A DNA stretch of 64,000 nt from Heterodontus francisci (lineage: Eukaryota): positions 8,742,001 through 8,806,000 of the forward strand of contig NC_090404.1 in NCBI RefSeq assembly GCF_036365525.1, read 5' to 3'. The position numbers and the translations under genes are program-made. This document shows, in pieces, positions 49,913-61,330 of this stretch (positions are counted from its first letter, which is position 1; each line of letters starts with the position of its first letter). The notes below the pieces were generated by a model that was given only the letters and a program-made list of their open reading frames with translations, did not search any database and was not told the origin of the DNA.

Positions 49913-50809
49913 GTCAGGATACTGAAACCCAGCTTTCTCACAGTCCACTCCTGGAGGCCCCACTCTCTGAGTCTACAACCTTCAGCCGGGTCAGTGGTGG
50001 AGTTTCACAGCGAGAGTGATCCCAGAGTAACTGTCGGGATGTGAATGTTTTGACTCTTGTATTTTTAGTTATTCTGGTGTCCAACACGCACACATCAATG
50101 AAACAGGGAATTCCTGGAAACACATTGCAGGTCCTTCTTCATCTGGAGAAAAAAATGGCTGTTGCATAATTGTCCCAGCAGTTAACAGTCTCCTGTGAAC
50201 TCCTCTGCCTGTTATTTTAATGCAGACTTTATTTATTTTAAACAGGTTTATTTTAAATGAGCTGTATTAAAATGATGGACTCAGGACTGACACACAAACA
50301 TGTTAAATTTTTGTACCATAATTATCACAGTCATTTTCAGACTGGAAATTTAAACCTTCCGTTTCAGTCAGGAACAGATCACAGTTTGACACCAATCTCT
50401 CATTTGACAGCACGTTTCCAGCATTCACTGTTGTTCTTCCTGACTCGACACATAGTTGTAAAGGAGCCTTCTGTTCCATGTCTAGGAGCTCTGAACCATG
50501 GAAGAGAGCGGCGAGGACACAGTTTTTACCCATACAGGATCTTGGCTGTCAGTGGAGAGATGAGAAAGACAAAAGAGCTGTTTGCCCCTCTCAGTGTGAT
50601 CCTGAAGTTCTGTTCCTGCCGTACGATCCTCCCCCAAGATTGTCCTTTCTCAGCTCCAGCTGGGTGATGTTAAACACTCAGGTGGAAAAGACAAAATTCT
50701 GCAACAATGTGTTTAAAACAAAGCTGACTGATTTCAAATCTATCCAGAATATTAACCCCCCAGCCCAGTTAGAGATGTTATCAGTAGAGACAAACCTCAA
50801 CTATCAGAA

Positions 50810-51445
50810 TAGAAACATAGAATATTTATAGCACACAAGGCCATTCAGCCCATCGTATCTGTGTCAGCTGAAAGAACTATCCAGCCTAATCCCACTTTCC
50901 ACCTCTTGGTCTCTAGCCCAGTAGTTAACAGCACCTCAAGTGCATATGCAAGTGTTTTTTTTTTTAATGTGATGAGGGTTTCTGCCTCTACCACCCTTTC
51001 AGGTACAGAGTTCCAGACTCCCACCACCCTCTGGGTGAAATGATTTCTCCACTGCCCTCAAATCCTTCCATCAATTACTTTAAATCTATGCTCCATGGTT
51101 ATTGACCTCTCTGCTAAGGGAAATACGTCCTACCCATCCACTCTGTCCAGGCCCCTCATAATTTTTTACATCTCTGTTCCAAAGAAAACAAGCTCAGCCT
51201 ATCAAATCTTTCCCCACAGTTAAAATCCAATTTTTTTCCTACCTGACCAGTCCACTGATCTCTCCCCAGAGTCACAGCTTCCTTCTTCATTTTCAACCAC
51301 ACGACCAATTCTTGTATCATCTGCAGACTTCTTAATCATGACCCGACATTTAAGTTCAAATCATTGATATATATCACAAAAAGCAAGTGGCCTGGTACTG
51401 AGTTTTGTGGAAACCTGACTGGAAACAGGCTTCCAGTCACGATTC
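50810..51445 (-). mobile_element. CR1 fragment in the ZNF 3' trailer (same insertion as 22622-25368)
   Basis: Same breakpoint and the diagnostic VVEAETLITLKK segment. Confidence 0.85.
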
Positions 51446-51497
51446 TGTTCTGGATGTGATTAACAGCAGCAACAACAACAGAATACAATCCCTGCAG

Positions 51498-52088
51498 TCA
51501 CTGGTGAACTCGCTGGTGCCTCAGCAGGTTGTTTGAAACAGAAAATCTCTTCCCACACATAGAACAGCTGAACGGCCTCTCACCAGTGTGAACTCGCTGG
51601 TGTCTCAGCAGACTGCTTTTAATTTTAAATCTCTTCTCACAGTCAGAACATTTAAAAGGTCTTTGATCAGTGTGAACAAGTTGGTGTTCAGTGAGGTGGG
51701 ACAATCGAGTAAATTCCTTCCCACACTCAGTGCAAGTGAACGGCCTCTCCCCAGTGTGAAGCTGCCGGTGTCTCAGTAGGTGGTATGACCTAGTGAAACC
51801 CTTCCCACACTCGGAGCAGGTGAATGGCCTCTCTCCAGTGTGAGTACCTTGGTGTAGCAGTAGCTCGTTTTTACTTGTAAATCTGTTCTCACATTCAGAA
51901 CATTTAAAGGGTCTCTTATCAGTGTGAATAAGTTGGTGCATCAGGAGGTTGGATGACCGAGTGAATCCCTTTCCACACACAGAGCAGGTGAATGGTCTCT
52001 CCCCAGTGTGTACGTGTCGATGAGTTTCCAGCTCACATGGGTAATTGAATCCCTTCCCACATTCCTCACATTTCCACGGTTTCTCCAT
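51498..52088 (-). CDS. C2H2 zinc-finger protein, 7 tandem fingers, no effector domain
   Basis: From ATG 52086-52088 (ACCATGG): MEKPWKCEECGKGF..., 196 aa = 7 x 28, all ligands intact; the track's TTG start at 52124 is not preferred. Confidence 0.9.
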   Translation of the reverse strand: MEKPWKCEECGKGFNYPCELETHRHVHTGERPFTCSVCGKGFTRSSNLLMHQLIHTDKRPFKCSECENRFTSKNELLLHQGTHTGERPFTCSECGKGFTRSYHLLRHRQLHTGERPFTCTECGKEFTRLSHLTEHQLVHTDQRPFKCSDCEKRFKIKSSLLRHQRVHTGERPFSCSMCGKRFSVSNNLLRHQRVHQ

Positions 52089-52430
52089 GGTGTGAGTGTC
52101 CTTGTGTCTCTCCAGGTTGGACAATCAGTGGAAGGCTTGACCACACAGAGAACACGAATATGGTTTCTCTCCGCTGTGAAAATGGTTAAAGCTCTTTCCA
52201 CAGTCAGTTCACTGGAACACTCTCACTCGGGTGTGTGTATCTCGGTGCTTTTCCAGTCACACTGATGTTTGAAATATTTTCCCACAGACAGAACAGACAA
52301 ACATTTCTCCTTCCACATTCAAAGGCCGATGATGATATTCAAGTCCTGATGAATCGAGTGATTTTGTCAGAACATAATTTGGATGTTCGATTTGAGTTTC
52401 TCATCTGCAAATCGTCCCTTTCTAATCCCT
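52089..52430 (-). other. Dead-finger 5' leader; uORF 52257-52304
   Basis: MFVCSVCGKIFQTSV-TGA; in-frame TGA 52125-52127; acceptor ttttacag ~52430. Confidence 0.75.
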
Positions 52431-52444
52431 GTAAAAGATTACAT

Positions 52445-52890
52445 GGAATGACATAGAATACACAGTACACAAACAGGCCATTCAGTCCCACTAGTCTGTC
52501 CAGGTACTTATACACCTCATTTGCCTGCTCCCATTCCATCTACCTCATTTCAGCCGACCTTTTTATTTCCTTTTCTCTCATATTTTCATCCAGTTTCCTT
52601 TTGAAAGCATCTCAACTTACTTGCCTCAACCACTTCCACATTCTACCCACTCTGAGTAAAGAAATCTCTCCTTATTTCCCTATTGGATTTATCAGTAACT
52701 GTATTCATGGCCCCTGGATTTGGATTCACTCACAAGTGGAAACATTCTCTCCACATCTACTCTGTCCAACCCATTGATAATTTTAAAGAGCTCTATCATG
52801 TCACCGCTAACTCTTCTGTTTTCGGAATATAAAAGCTCCAGCCTGTTCAATCTTTCCCAATCGCTGTAATCTCTCAGTTTACTGAATCCA
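52445..52890 (-). mobile_element. CR1 3' fragment upstream of the ZNF acceptor
   Basis: GDMIELFKIINGLDRVDVERMFPLVSESKSRGH. Confidence 0.85.
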
Positions 52891-52914
52891 TCACTGTCCC
52901 TCACCAAGACTTGT

Positions 52915-53720
52915 ACAGGATGGCGGCCAGTGACTCCGCTCCCCCGGGCCTGTCACCGCGGGGTAAACCCGGGGCCTGTAGCCTGTATGCGGGGCCTCAG
53001 ACCTACCCCCAGTGTTCATGAAGCTTCCCAGCCCACTCACGGCTCCAGTTCCTCCCCTGCGACCACAATCTCCTCCCGCCTCCCGAGCCACCTCAATCTA
53101 TCGACACTGCGCCTGCGCTGGCTTCCTGTATTGTGAATAGGGCAGTTTCATTTCCGCGCGGAATGGTGGGTAATATCCCGTCATTGAAGACCCCAATCGC
53201 AGGCTCAGATATGTCGGTCATCTTTTGGGTACGAGTAAACCAACATTGAAACTAAAATAGACCTGCATAATATTTTCCCAAGAAAAACGGCAAACAAGGT
53301 GCACCCCAACTTGCAAAACATCAATACTTTTTTTTAAAGAAGCAAGCAATGTTTTGAAAAGTTCTTATAGGGAGTGGCGCTTCATTTCGCGTGGACGAAA
53401 GGCGTTGGAGCAGTTTTGCCCCTAACAAAGATGGCGTCTGACGTTTCAGCTCCGAACGCAGCTGGTGCGCGTGCGCAACTTGCGCCAGTGGCGGTTGTTG
53501 GAGGCGCGGGGAGGAATTAACGGTTTCCGGGCGCCGGCGTTGCCATGGCTGCGGGGGCGGGGTTTGGTAACGGCGCGCGCCGGCCTAGGTGGGCCATCGA
53601 GCTCTGTAGAAGCAGGTGAGCGGCCAGGAGCAAGGCCGCGGAGAAGCCTGGGGCTCGAGTGCGAGGCGGTAGCCTGGCTTCTCTCCTCGGGAGGACACCA
53701 CTCTGACTGGGGCCACCCAA
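52915..53720. promoter_or_regulatory. CpG-island, probably bidirectional promoter; candidate + strand first exon ending 53615
   Basis: YY1 (AAGATGGCG ~53428), NRF1-like (tgcgcctgcgc ~53108, tgcgcgtgcgca ~53466), SBS-like gaatggtgggtaa 53161, RFX-like GTTGCCATGG ~53539, donor CAG|GTGAG. Confidence 0.75.
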
Positions 53721-53889
53721 AACACTCAAACACGGGGATTTTAATGTCACAGCCTTTGAGGGGGAGGCAATGGGTGCGAGAAAACCTGGTTGATAATTAC
53801 TGAGCTTGGATGGGTTTTGGTGTCTCCAGTGGGTGGGCTTCAGATTTTCCACCAGTCCCTTTGAGGAAAGGACTGGCTGCAAGTTTTTA

Positions 53890-54765
53890 CTAATTCATTC
53901 TTGGGATGTGGGCATCGCTGGTAAAGCTGGTATTTATTACCCTGTCCCTAGTCACCCCTTGAGAAGGTGCTGGTGGTGGGCGGCCGCCTCCTTGAACCAG
54001 TTTCATACGACTGAGTGGCTCATTCGGCCATTTTCAGGGTAAAGGCCGACTCGGGTCTGCAAGTGAAACCCATCCCGGCCAGAGACTTTCCATTTTTTTC
54101 CTGCGCCTGACCCGACCATCAGTTAACCTCCCTTCCATTTTTCACTTTGTTGCTTATCTGCACAAGCTTAAAATAACTAACAAAACCACATTTCTAGTCC
54201 AAAAATTACATTAACAGTGGAGCCACTTACCTGAGGTTGTGATAGAGCATGGACTCGGGATGACCCCGAATGCCGGACCCGGAAGTGCGGCCGGACCCGA
54301 ACCTGACACATTGTCGGGTCCTGTCGGGTTCAAGTCGGGTAGCCGGCTTTTACTTCAGGGGCAGTTAATAGTCAACCATGTTAGTGTAAGAGTTCAGTCA
54401 CATTTAGAGTCCCAGACTGGGTAAAGTCGGCAGGTTTCCATCCCTCGACGGGTATTAATGAACCAATTTTACGCCAGTTCTGAAAAATGGACTATCCCTT
54501 TGTGGGATCTTGCTAAGTACAGCTTGGGCTGCCTGCATTATCCTACATTACAAGAGTGAGTGCCCATTTTAAAGATGCTTAATTGGCTGAAAAGTGCTTT
54601 GGAACACCCTGAGGTCGGGAAAGGTGCTGTATAAGTGAACGTTCTTAGACAATCCAGCAGCTTCATGGTCACTTCTACTGACAACCAGCTTTTTTATTTC
54701 CAGATTTTGATTTCCAATTCTCAAACTGCCAAGGCAGGATTCGAACTCACAGCCTCTGGATTAAT
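53890..54765 (-). mobile_element. tRNA-headed SINE with RTE-X-like tail, interrupted by a MITE and a Deu-domain SINE piece (+, ~54500-54645)
   Basis: B-box GTTCGAATCC ~54737-54746 (-); tail homologous to 36450-36545; tgtgggatcttgct...cctacattac...gaaaggtgctgtataa. Confidence 0.6.
54040..54352. mobile_element. hAT-type MITE
   Basis: TAAAG...TTTA termini, subterminal TCGGGT repeats, 8-bp TSD tttcaggg/cttcaggg. Confidence 0.75.
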
Positions 54766-55434
54766 GTAACAGAATCACGACTGAGTTCTGCGAGGCCGAG
54801 TGTTTAATTCAGGAATTTGGTGAGTGCAGGAATTTCAAGGGTTGATCTTTTAAAATCTAGTCACGTTTCCATTTTGCATTTAACTTGACTTTAACATAAA
54901 ATTGTAGTTCCTTTCAGCCTTAATCAATGGTAAACAAGCTGCCTGCTAGTGTTAGCTACACAGTTAGTTACTTAGGCAGCTAGTTAGAACTGGTTGCCTA
55001 GTCAGCAGGGCCTGACTCAGGTCTCTGGAATTCTAGTTAGTATAAATACAGGAGGTTTGCTCATGCACAAAGTAAGCAGCACAAAGATTCTCTCGACTTC
55101 GAGACAGAGAGCTGAACTTGGGAATTGGCTAAGTGTGGGAATTTGGTGCAGTGAGGGAGGAAGTGTTGTTCTGGTCTTTTACAGAACAAGCAGTGATCCA
55201 AGAGAAGGAGCCGGAGACAGTGAGAGCTGAAGCCCAGAGGCGTCAATTAGTTAGGGAGCAGGTAGGTGATTGGTTGGTGAGTCTTAAACTTCTAATCCTT
55301 TCCAAACTGGGGCAAATAATTTAAACTGGAACTGGGAAGATGTAAGTGTTGTATTAAATTTGTAGGTGAGCTAGTTAATTTGTAGTTATATTAAGTAGTT
55401 TATCAGTGATATTTCCAAACTTTGAAACCTAATT

Positions 55435-56142
55435 TTTTTTATTCATTCCTCCATGGGATGTGGGCGTCACTGGCCAGGCCAGCATTTATTGCCCATCCCT
55501 AATTGCCCTTCAGAAGGTGGTGGTGAGCCGCCTTCTTGAACTGCTGCAATCCATGTGGGGTAGGTACACACTCGTAGTGAGGTGGGAATTCTAGGATTTT
55601 GACCCAGCGACAGTGAAGGAACGGCGATATAGTTCCATGTCAGGATGGTATGTGGCTTGGAGGGGAACTTGCATATGATGGTGGTCCCATGTATTTGCTT
55701 CCCTTGTCCTTTTAGGTGGGTTTGGAAGGTGCTGTTGAAGGAGTTTTGGTGCGTTGCTGCTGTGCATCTTGTAGATGGTACACACTGCTGCCACTGTGTG
55801 TCAGTGGTGGAGGGAGTAAATGTTTTTGGATGGGGTGCCAATCAAGTGGGCTGCTTTATCCTGCATGGTATTAAGCTTCTTGAGTGTTGTTGGAGCTGCA
55901 CCAATCCAGGCAAGTGGAGAGTATTCCATCACACTCCTGACTTGTGCCTTGTAGACAGTGGACATGCTTTGGAGAGTAGGAGGTGAGTTACTCGCCACAG
56001 GATTCCCAGCCTCTGACCTGTTCTTGTAGCCATGGTATTTATATGGCTACTCCTGTTCAGTTTCTGGTCACTGGTAACCCCCAGGATGTTGCTAGTGGGG
56101 GATTCAGCGATCGTAATGTCATTGAATGTCAAGGGGAGATTG
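55435..56142 (-). mobile_element. RTE-X/CR1-group LINE 3' fragment
   Basis: VRSVMEYSPLAWIGAAPTTLKKL. Confidence 0.85.
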
Positions 56143-56333
56143 GAGGTTCCCCACAGTACCTGTAGTGCCTTTTCCATCCGGAGACGGGGAAGGAGCTGCT
56201 GCTGCTGAGCCGGAGCCACGGGAAAGGCAGTTGAAAGGTGGGGCCTGCTGAGGGGTATGGCCTGGGGAATGGAGTGTGGCCAGTATCTGCATCTGGGCCC
56301 ATGGTGTGGGGGAGGGGGGGTGTTGGTCTGAGG

Positions 56334-56479
56334 TAAAGCCTGGATCGGGTATAAAATTAAAACCCGACCCGACAGCAGCCAACCCGAACCTGTCCCGGGC
56401 CTGCGTCTTTTAATCTTTTCAAATGCCCGAACCAGACACCTGTAGTCGGGTTTGGTCGGGTTCGGGTAGCCAGGCTTTA
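56334..56479. mobile_element. Short MITE related to 54040-54352
   Basis: Perfect 10-bp TIR TAAAGCCTGG/CCAGGCTTTA; ACCCGA/TCGGGT repeats; no TSD seen. Confidence 0.7.
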
Positions 56480-56756
56480 GGACAAGGGCAGAAGATGCAT
56501 GGGAACACAACCACGTACAAGTTCCCCTCCAAGCCACGCGTCATCCTGACTTGGAACAATGTCACCGTTCCTTCAATGTCGCCGGGTCAAAATCCTGTAA
56601 CTCCCTTCTGTACAGCACTGTGGGTGAACCTACCCCACGTGGACTGCAGTGGTTCAAGAAAGCAGCTCACTAACACCTTCTCAAGGGCAATTAGGGATGG
56701 GCAATAAATGCTGTCCTGGCCAGCAACGCCGACATCCCATGAATGAATAAAAAAAA
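56480..56756 (+). mobile_element. RTE-X/CR1-group LINE 3' end
   Basis: Ends ...gacatcccatgaatgaataaaaaaaa. Confidence 0.8.
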
Positions 56757-57419
56757 TGTTAAACAGTTGGAAATATTACATTGTACTCAGTAATCTCCCC
56801 ACACCACCTGAAATAGTGACACTCCTTCCCCCTCCCTCCAATTTCATACTGACACTCCTTCCCCCGCCCTCCAGCTTATTTCCAGAGTGCAGTCTGAGAC
56901 TCGGGCCTGGAGTTTCCTCTCATCAGCACAATCTCACTTCCACTCAAGTCTACACAATGTTTTAAGCTTTGTAAATTGTTTGTGCCCAGACTGCACGTCT
57001 CTCTGTTTGAAAATCCCGAGGAATCTCCGGGTCTGGATGTGGTGTACAGGGAAGTTCAACTAGTGCTGGATACAACTGCAATATTATTGCCTTTAAAGCA
57101 ACCACATTCTGTACAACTGAGGCCATTGATCTGTGTCTAATTATTTCAGTCAAGTTCCAGTTACTATCCTCCAGTCCTCATGAAAGGTCACACTGTTATA
57201 CACCTAATGATATCCAGAATACTGAAACCAACATTGAGAAAAAAACACAAAGTTAAAATGACTGCAGGCTCAGTTGAGTATCAGTAAAATTTTCAGTATT
57301 AAATTTTGTTGATTTTCAGTGTTTATTTTGACCATTTTGGGGTTGATTCCAACACATCAGTTTTTATTTTCTTTGAAAAAATGCAGGAAAATTGGTGAAA
57401 AGCAGAAAACCCGAAGTAT

Positions 57420-59760
57420 CACCTCAAACTGGTCATTCTCTTAATCACAGGCAAGGCCATCGCTGTTCACTTCCTTGTATCCCTCACCACTCACAATCTC
57501 CTTCCTTCTGTGTCCATCCTGGAAAAAACTCTCTCCAAGTCACTTACAACTGCTCTTTCAAACTCTCAACTGTCTCACCATTGGCCGTCCATTTGTCACA
57601 ATATTTCTGTAACTGGCGATCTGCTCAATCACTCCCTCAACCTCTGATGTCTTTACCCTCAGTAAAACCCTGACTCTCTCCCACCCTTGTCACTCCCCCA
57701 TCTTCACTGCCTCAAGTCTCAGGAACTCAGATTTGAACATATCTAGCCCACGACTGGTTTAGCCATTCATTACCAGAGCCAGCTGCACCACACATTAAGC
57801 TCTATCTGGCCCTGCTCTCCTCTGTCAAAACTGCTCACTATTTCAGGATCATTCCTAAAAGCAAAGATAACCCCAGCTTCATTTCTCCACTACCGTCTCC
57901 TTAAACCTCTCTCACCTGATCAAACAAGTGTAAGGAGCTCATGGATTTCTTTGTCACTAACACTGAGACCATCCATTCAGCTGCATCCTCCTCTTCTCCA
58001 CCAAGTCAAACATCCCCCAAGGTTCCCTCTTCCCTCACCCTGAACCTGTGTCTTTCTCTAGTTTCTCTCCCATCATGTCCTCTCCAAGCTCATCCATTAG
58101 ACCCACCTCCTTCTCTCTCACCCCCATTCCCACTAAACTGATCAACCAACTTCCCTTCCAGGCCCTCGTGCTAACTGACATTGTAAACAGTTCCCTTTCC
58201 TCAGATATTTCCTGCTCCCTTTTAAAACTATCACCCACCTCCTCAAAACCCCCACCCTCAATCCTTCTGTCCTTGTAAACTACCATCTCATCTTCAACCT
58301 CTCACTCCTCTCCAAAGTCACTGAATGTCTTTATTCCTCCCAAATCTGTGCCCACCTTTCCTGTAACTCCATATTTGAACCTTTCCAATCAGGTTTCCAT
58401 CCCTACCACAGCACTGAAACAGCTTGAATCCATGCCACAAAGGGCATTGTCTGTGACTGTGGGACACTATGCCTCCTCATACTTCCTGACCACCCAGTTG
58501 ACCACACCATCCTCCAATGCCTCTCTCCACTGTCCAGCTGAGTGGGACTGACCTCACTTGGTTCAACTCTGACCTATCCAATCGGAGCCAAAGAATCTCG
58601 AGCAATGGCTTTTCTTCCCATCCCGTTACCTTTGGAGTCTCCCAAGGATCTATCGATGGCCCCTTCTATCCCTCATCTATCTGCTGTCCCTTGGTGCCAT
58701 CATCCAAAGACATGACATCAGTATCAGGCTAAGCTTGTATCCGCTGGAATTTAGAAGAGTAAGAGGTGACTTGATTGAAATATATAAGATCCTGAGGGGT
58801 CCTGACAGGGTGGATGTCGAAAGGATGTTTCCCCTTGTGGGAGAATCTAGAACTCGGGGTCACTGTTTAAAAATAAGGGGTCGCCCATTTAAGACAAAGA
58901 TGAGAAGAAGTTTTTTCTCTCAGGGGGCGTGAGTCTTTAGAATTCTCTTCCTCAAAAGGTGGTGGAAGCAGAGTCTTTGAATATTTTTAAGGCAGAGGTA
59001 GACAGATTATTGATAAGCAAGAGGGTGGAAGGTTATCGGGGGTAGATGGAAATGTGGAGTAATTAGTTCAGCCATGAACTTATTGAATGCAGAGCAGGCT
59101 CGAAGGGCCGAGTGGCCTACTCCTGCTCCTAATTTGTATGTTCCACATGTACGCTGATGCCACCCATCTCTACCTCACCACCACCTCTCTTGACCCTTCC
59201 AGTGATTCAGTGTTGTCAGCCTGCTTGTCTATTCTAATGCTCTTCTGACTGACCTCCACCCTGCTTAAACTGAGCTCATCCAAACTCTGCTGCTTTTTAC
59301 CCAAAACATCACAAAGTCCCACTCATCCATCACTACTGTGCTCACTGACCTACAATGGCTCCAGGTTCACCAATGCCCCCATTTTAAAATTCTCATCTCC
59401 GATTCAAATCCCTTCAAGGCCTCACCCCTACCGATATCAGTAACCTCCTCCAGCCATACAACCCTCAGAGAACTCAAAATTCCTCCAACTCTGGCCTCTA
59501 CACATCCCTCACTCTCTCTGTCCCATTGACTGCGCCTTCAGTCCTTGGCCCTGAGCTCTGGAATTCCCTCCCTATATCTCTCTGCCAGTCCACATCTCTC
59601 CTCCTTTAAGACCCTCCTAAAAACCTATGTCTCTGACCAAGCTTTTAGTCAGCCCTGCTAATATCCCCTTCTTTAGCTCAGTACCAATTTACGTCTAACT
59701 CGTCAGTTTAAGCTTCTGAGATGCACTTTGGGACACTTTCCTACCTTAAAGGTGTAAAGT
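57420..59760 (+). mobile_element. Old L2-like LINE with nested CR1 3' fragment (~58730-59142)
   Basis: WFNSDLSNRSQ, GVSQGS, LTDLQWL, ctctggaattccctccc; CR1 LEFRRVRGDLIEIYKIL. Confidence 0.7.
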
Positions 59761-60274
59761 AGATGACAGTTGTTCTTAAAATCACAATACAACAGACTGG
59801 GGAAGCTGGTATTAAAATAATATCTGGGTACACGGAGTTAGGTTGCAGATCAGCCATGATCTCCTTGAATGGCAGAACAGGCTCGAGGGGCGAAGTGGCC
59901 GACTCCTGTTCCAATGTCCCTAATAAACTTGGACTCAAACACAGCTGATTAATGGAAAGTCATGGGAGAACTGGAGAGAAAGCAGTGCAACAGGAAACCA
60001 GCACTTGAGCAGAGTTAGAGAGTGGGGGAAGTTTGGGGAGAAAGTACATTGGAACTAGAGTAGGCCATTCAGCCCAGCGTGCCTGCTGCACCATTCAATA
60101 AGATGCTGGCTGATCAACTAGTCTCCCCTTCCTTGAAGAAATCAAGATTTCTCTATTCAGAATATTGAACTCCAGTCCAGTTTTAGGGATTAGTAACATC
60201 AGCAGAAACAAACCCCAACTGACAGAATGGACATGGTTCAGTCTGGATAAAATTAAAAGCAGAATCCAACCCCT

Positions 60275-61224
60275 GTAGTCACTGTGAACTCGCTGGTGTC
60301 TCAGCAGATTGGATGACAAATTGAATCCCTTCCCACATATGGAGCAGGTGAACGGTCTCTCCCCGGTGTGAACACGCTGGTGTCTCACAAGGCCGGATGA
60401 TTTAGTGAACGCCTTCCCACACATGAAGCAGATGAATGGCCTCTCCCCAGTGTGACTGCGCCAATGAGTATCCAGCTGGGACGGGCAAGGGAATCGCTTC
60501 CCAATCTGCGCATTTTCACGGTTTCTCCGTGGTTCAGGTGTCCTCATGTCTTTCCAGGTTGGATGATCAGTTGAAGCTTCGTTCACACAGAGAACATGCA
60601 CAGGGATTCTTCCTGCTGCGACTGCTACAATGCTCTTTCAGGCTGGTTAAAGTTCATTCCACAGTCAGTGCACTGAACACTCTCACTCGGGTGTGTGTAT
60701 CTCGGTGCTTTTCCTGGCACACTGATGTTTGAAATCTGTTCCCATAAACAGAACAGACAAACATTTCTCCTTGAACATGCAAAGGCCTGATAAATTGAGT
60801 GACACACTCAGATCTTGATGAAAGGTTGGGTTTGAATTTCCCGTGTGCAAATCGTCCCCTTCTAATCCCCTGTAAAAGGAGTTTACAAAAGTCATCACTG
60901 TCAGCACAGGATAGAAATTCAGAAAAGACAATTCTAGTTTCTATGGAACATTTTTTCCTCTCTTGTTCCCCCAAAGCTGTAAATCCCCATCCCACACGTT
61001 CTCCCTCCTCCCTGCACTGAAATCCAAACCCATCTGCACCATTTCTTTCCTCCATCGCCAGTTTTCTCCCTCCCTCCACTCTGGCTGGGTTCAGTTCTCC
61101 AGCCCCTGTGTGCAGAGTGCAAATCAAATCAATGAGTAAATGATTTTCTCTCCGGCCCACTCTCTGTGTCGTCACCAAGATGGTCACGCATCTCTCTGTT
61201 CCCCGCTCAGCATGATGGCGGACG
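60275..61224 (-). pseudogene. C2H2 ZNF pseudogene (~3 fingers) with contiguous leader and upstream module
   Basis: ACG at the start position (60528-60530), TGA and frameshift in finger 1, acceptor 60870-60871, trailer 60160-60275. Confidence 0.85.
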
Positions 61225-61290
61225 TTGAAATAAAAACAGGAAATGCTGGAAATACTCAGCAGGTCTGGCAGCATCTGTGGAGAGAGAAGC

Positions 61291-61330
61291 AGAGTTAACG
61301 TTTCAGGTCAGCGACCCTTCATTAGAACTC
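61291..61330 (-). ncRNA. Minimal type-I hammerhead ribozyme-like motif (G5A variant) in the Penelope terminal repeat
   Basis: GAGTT-CTAATGA-AGGGTC/GACCT-GAA-ACGT-T-AACTC. Confidence 0.6.
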
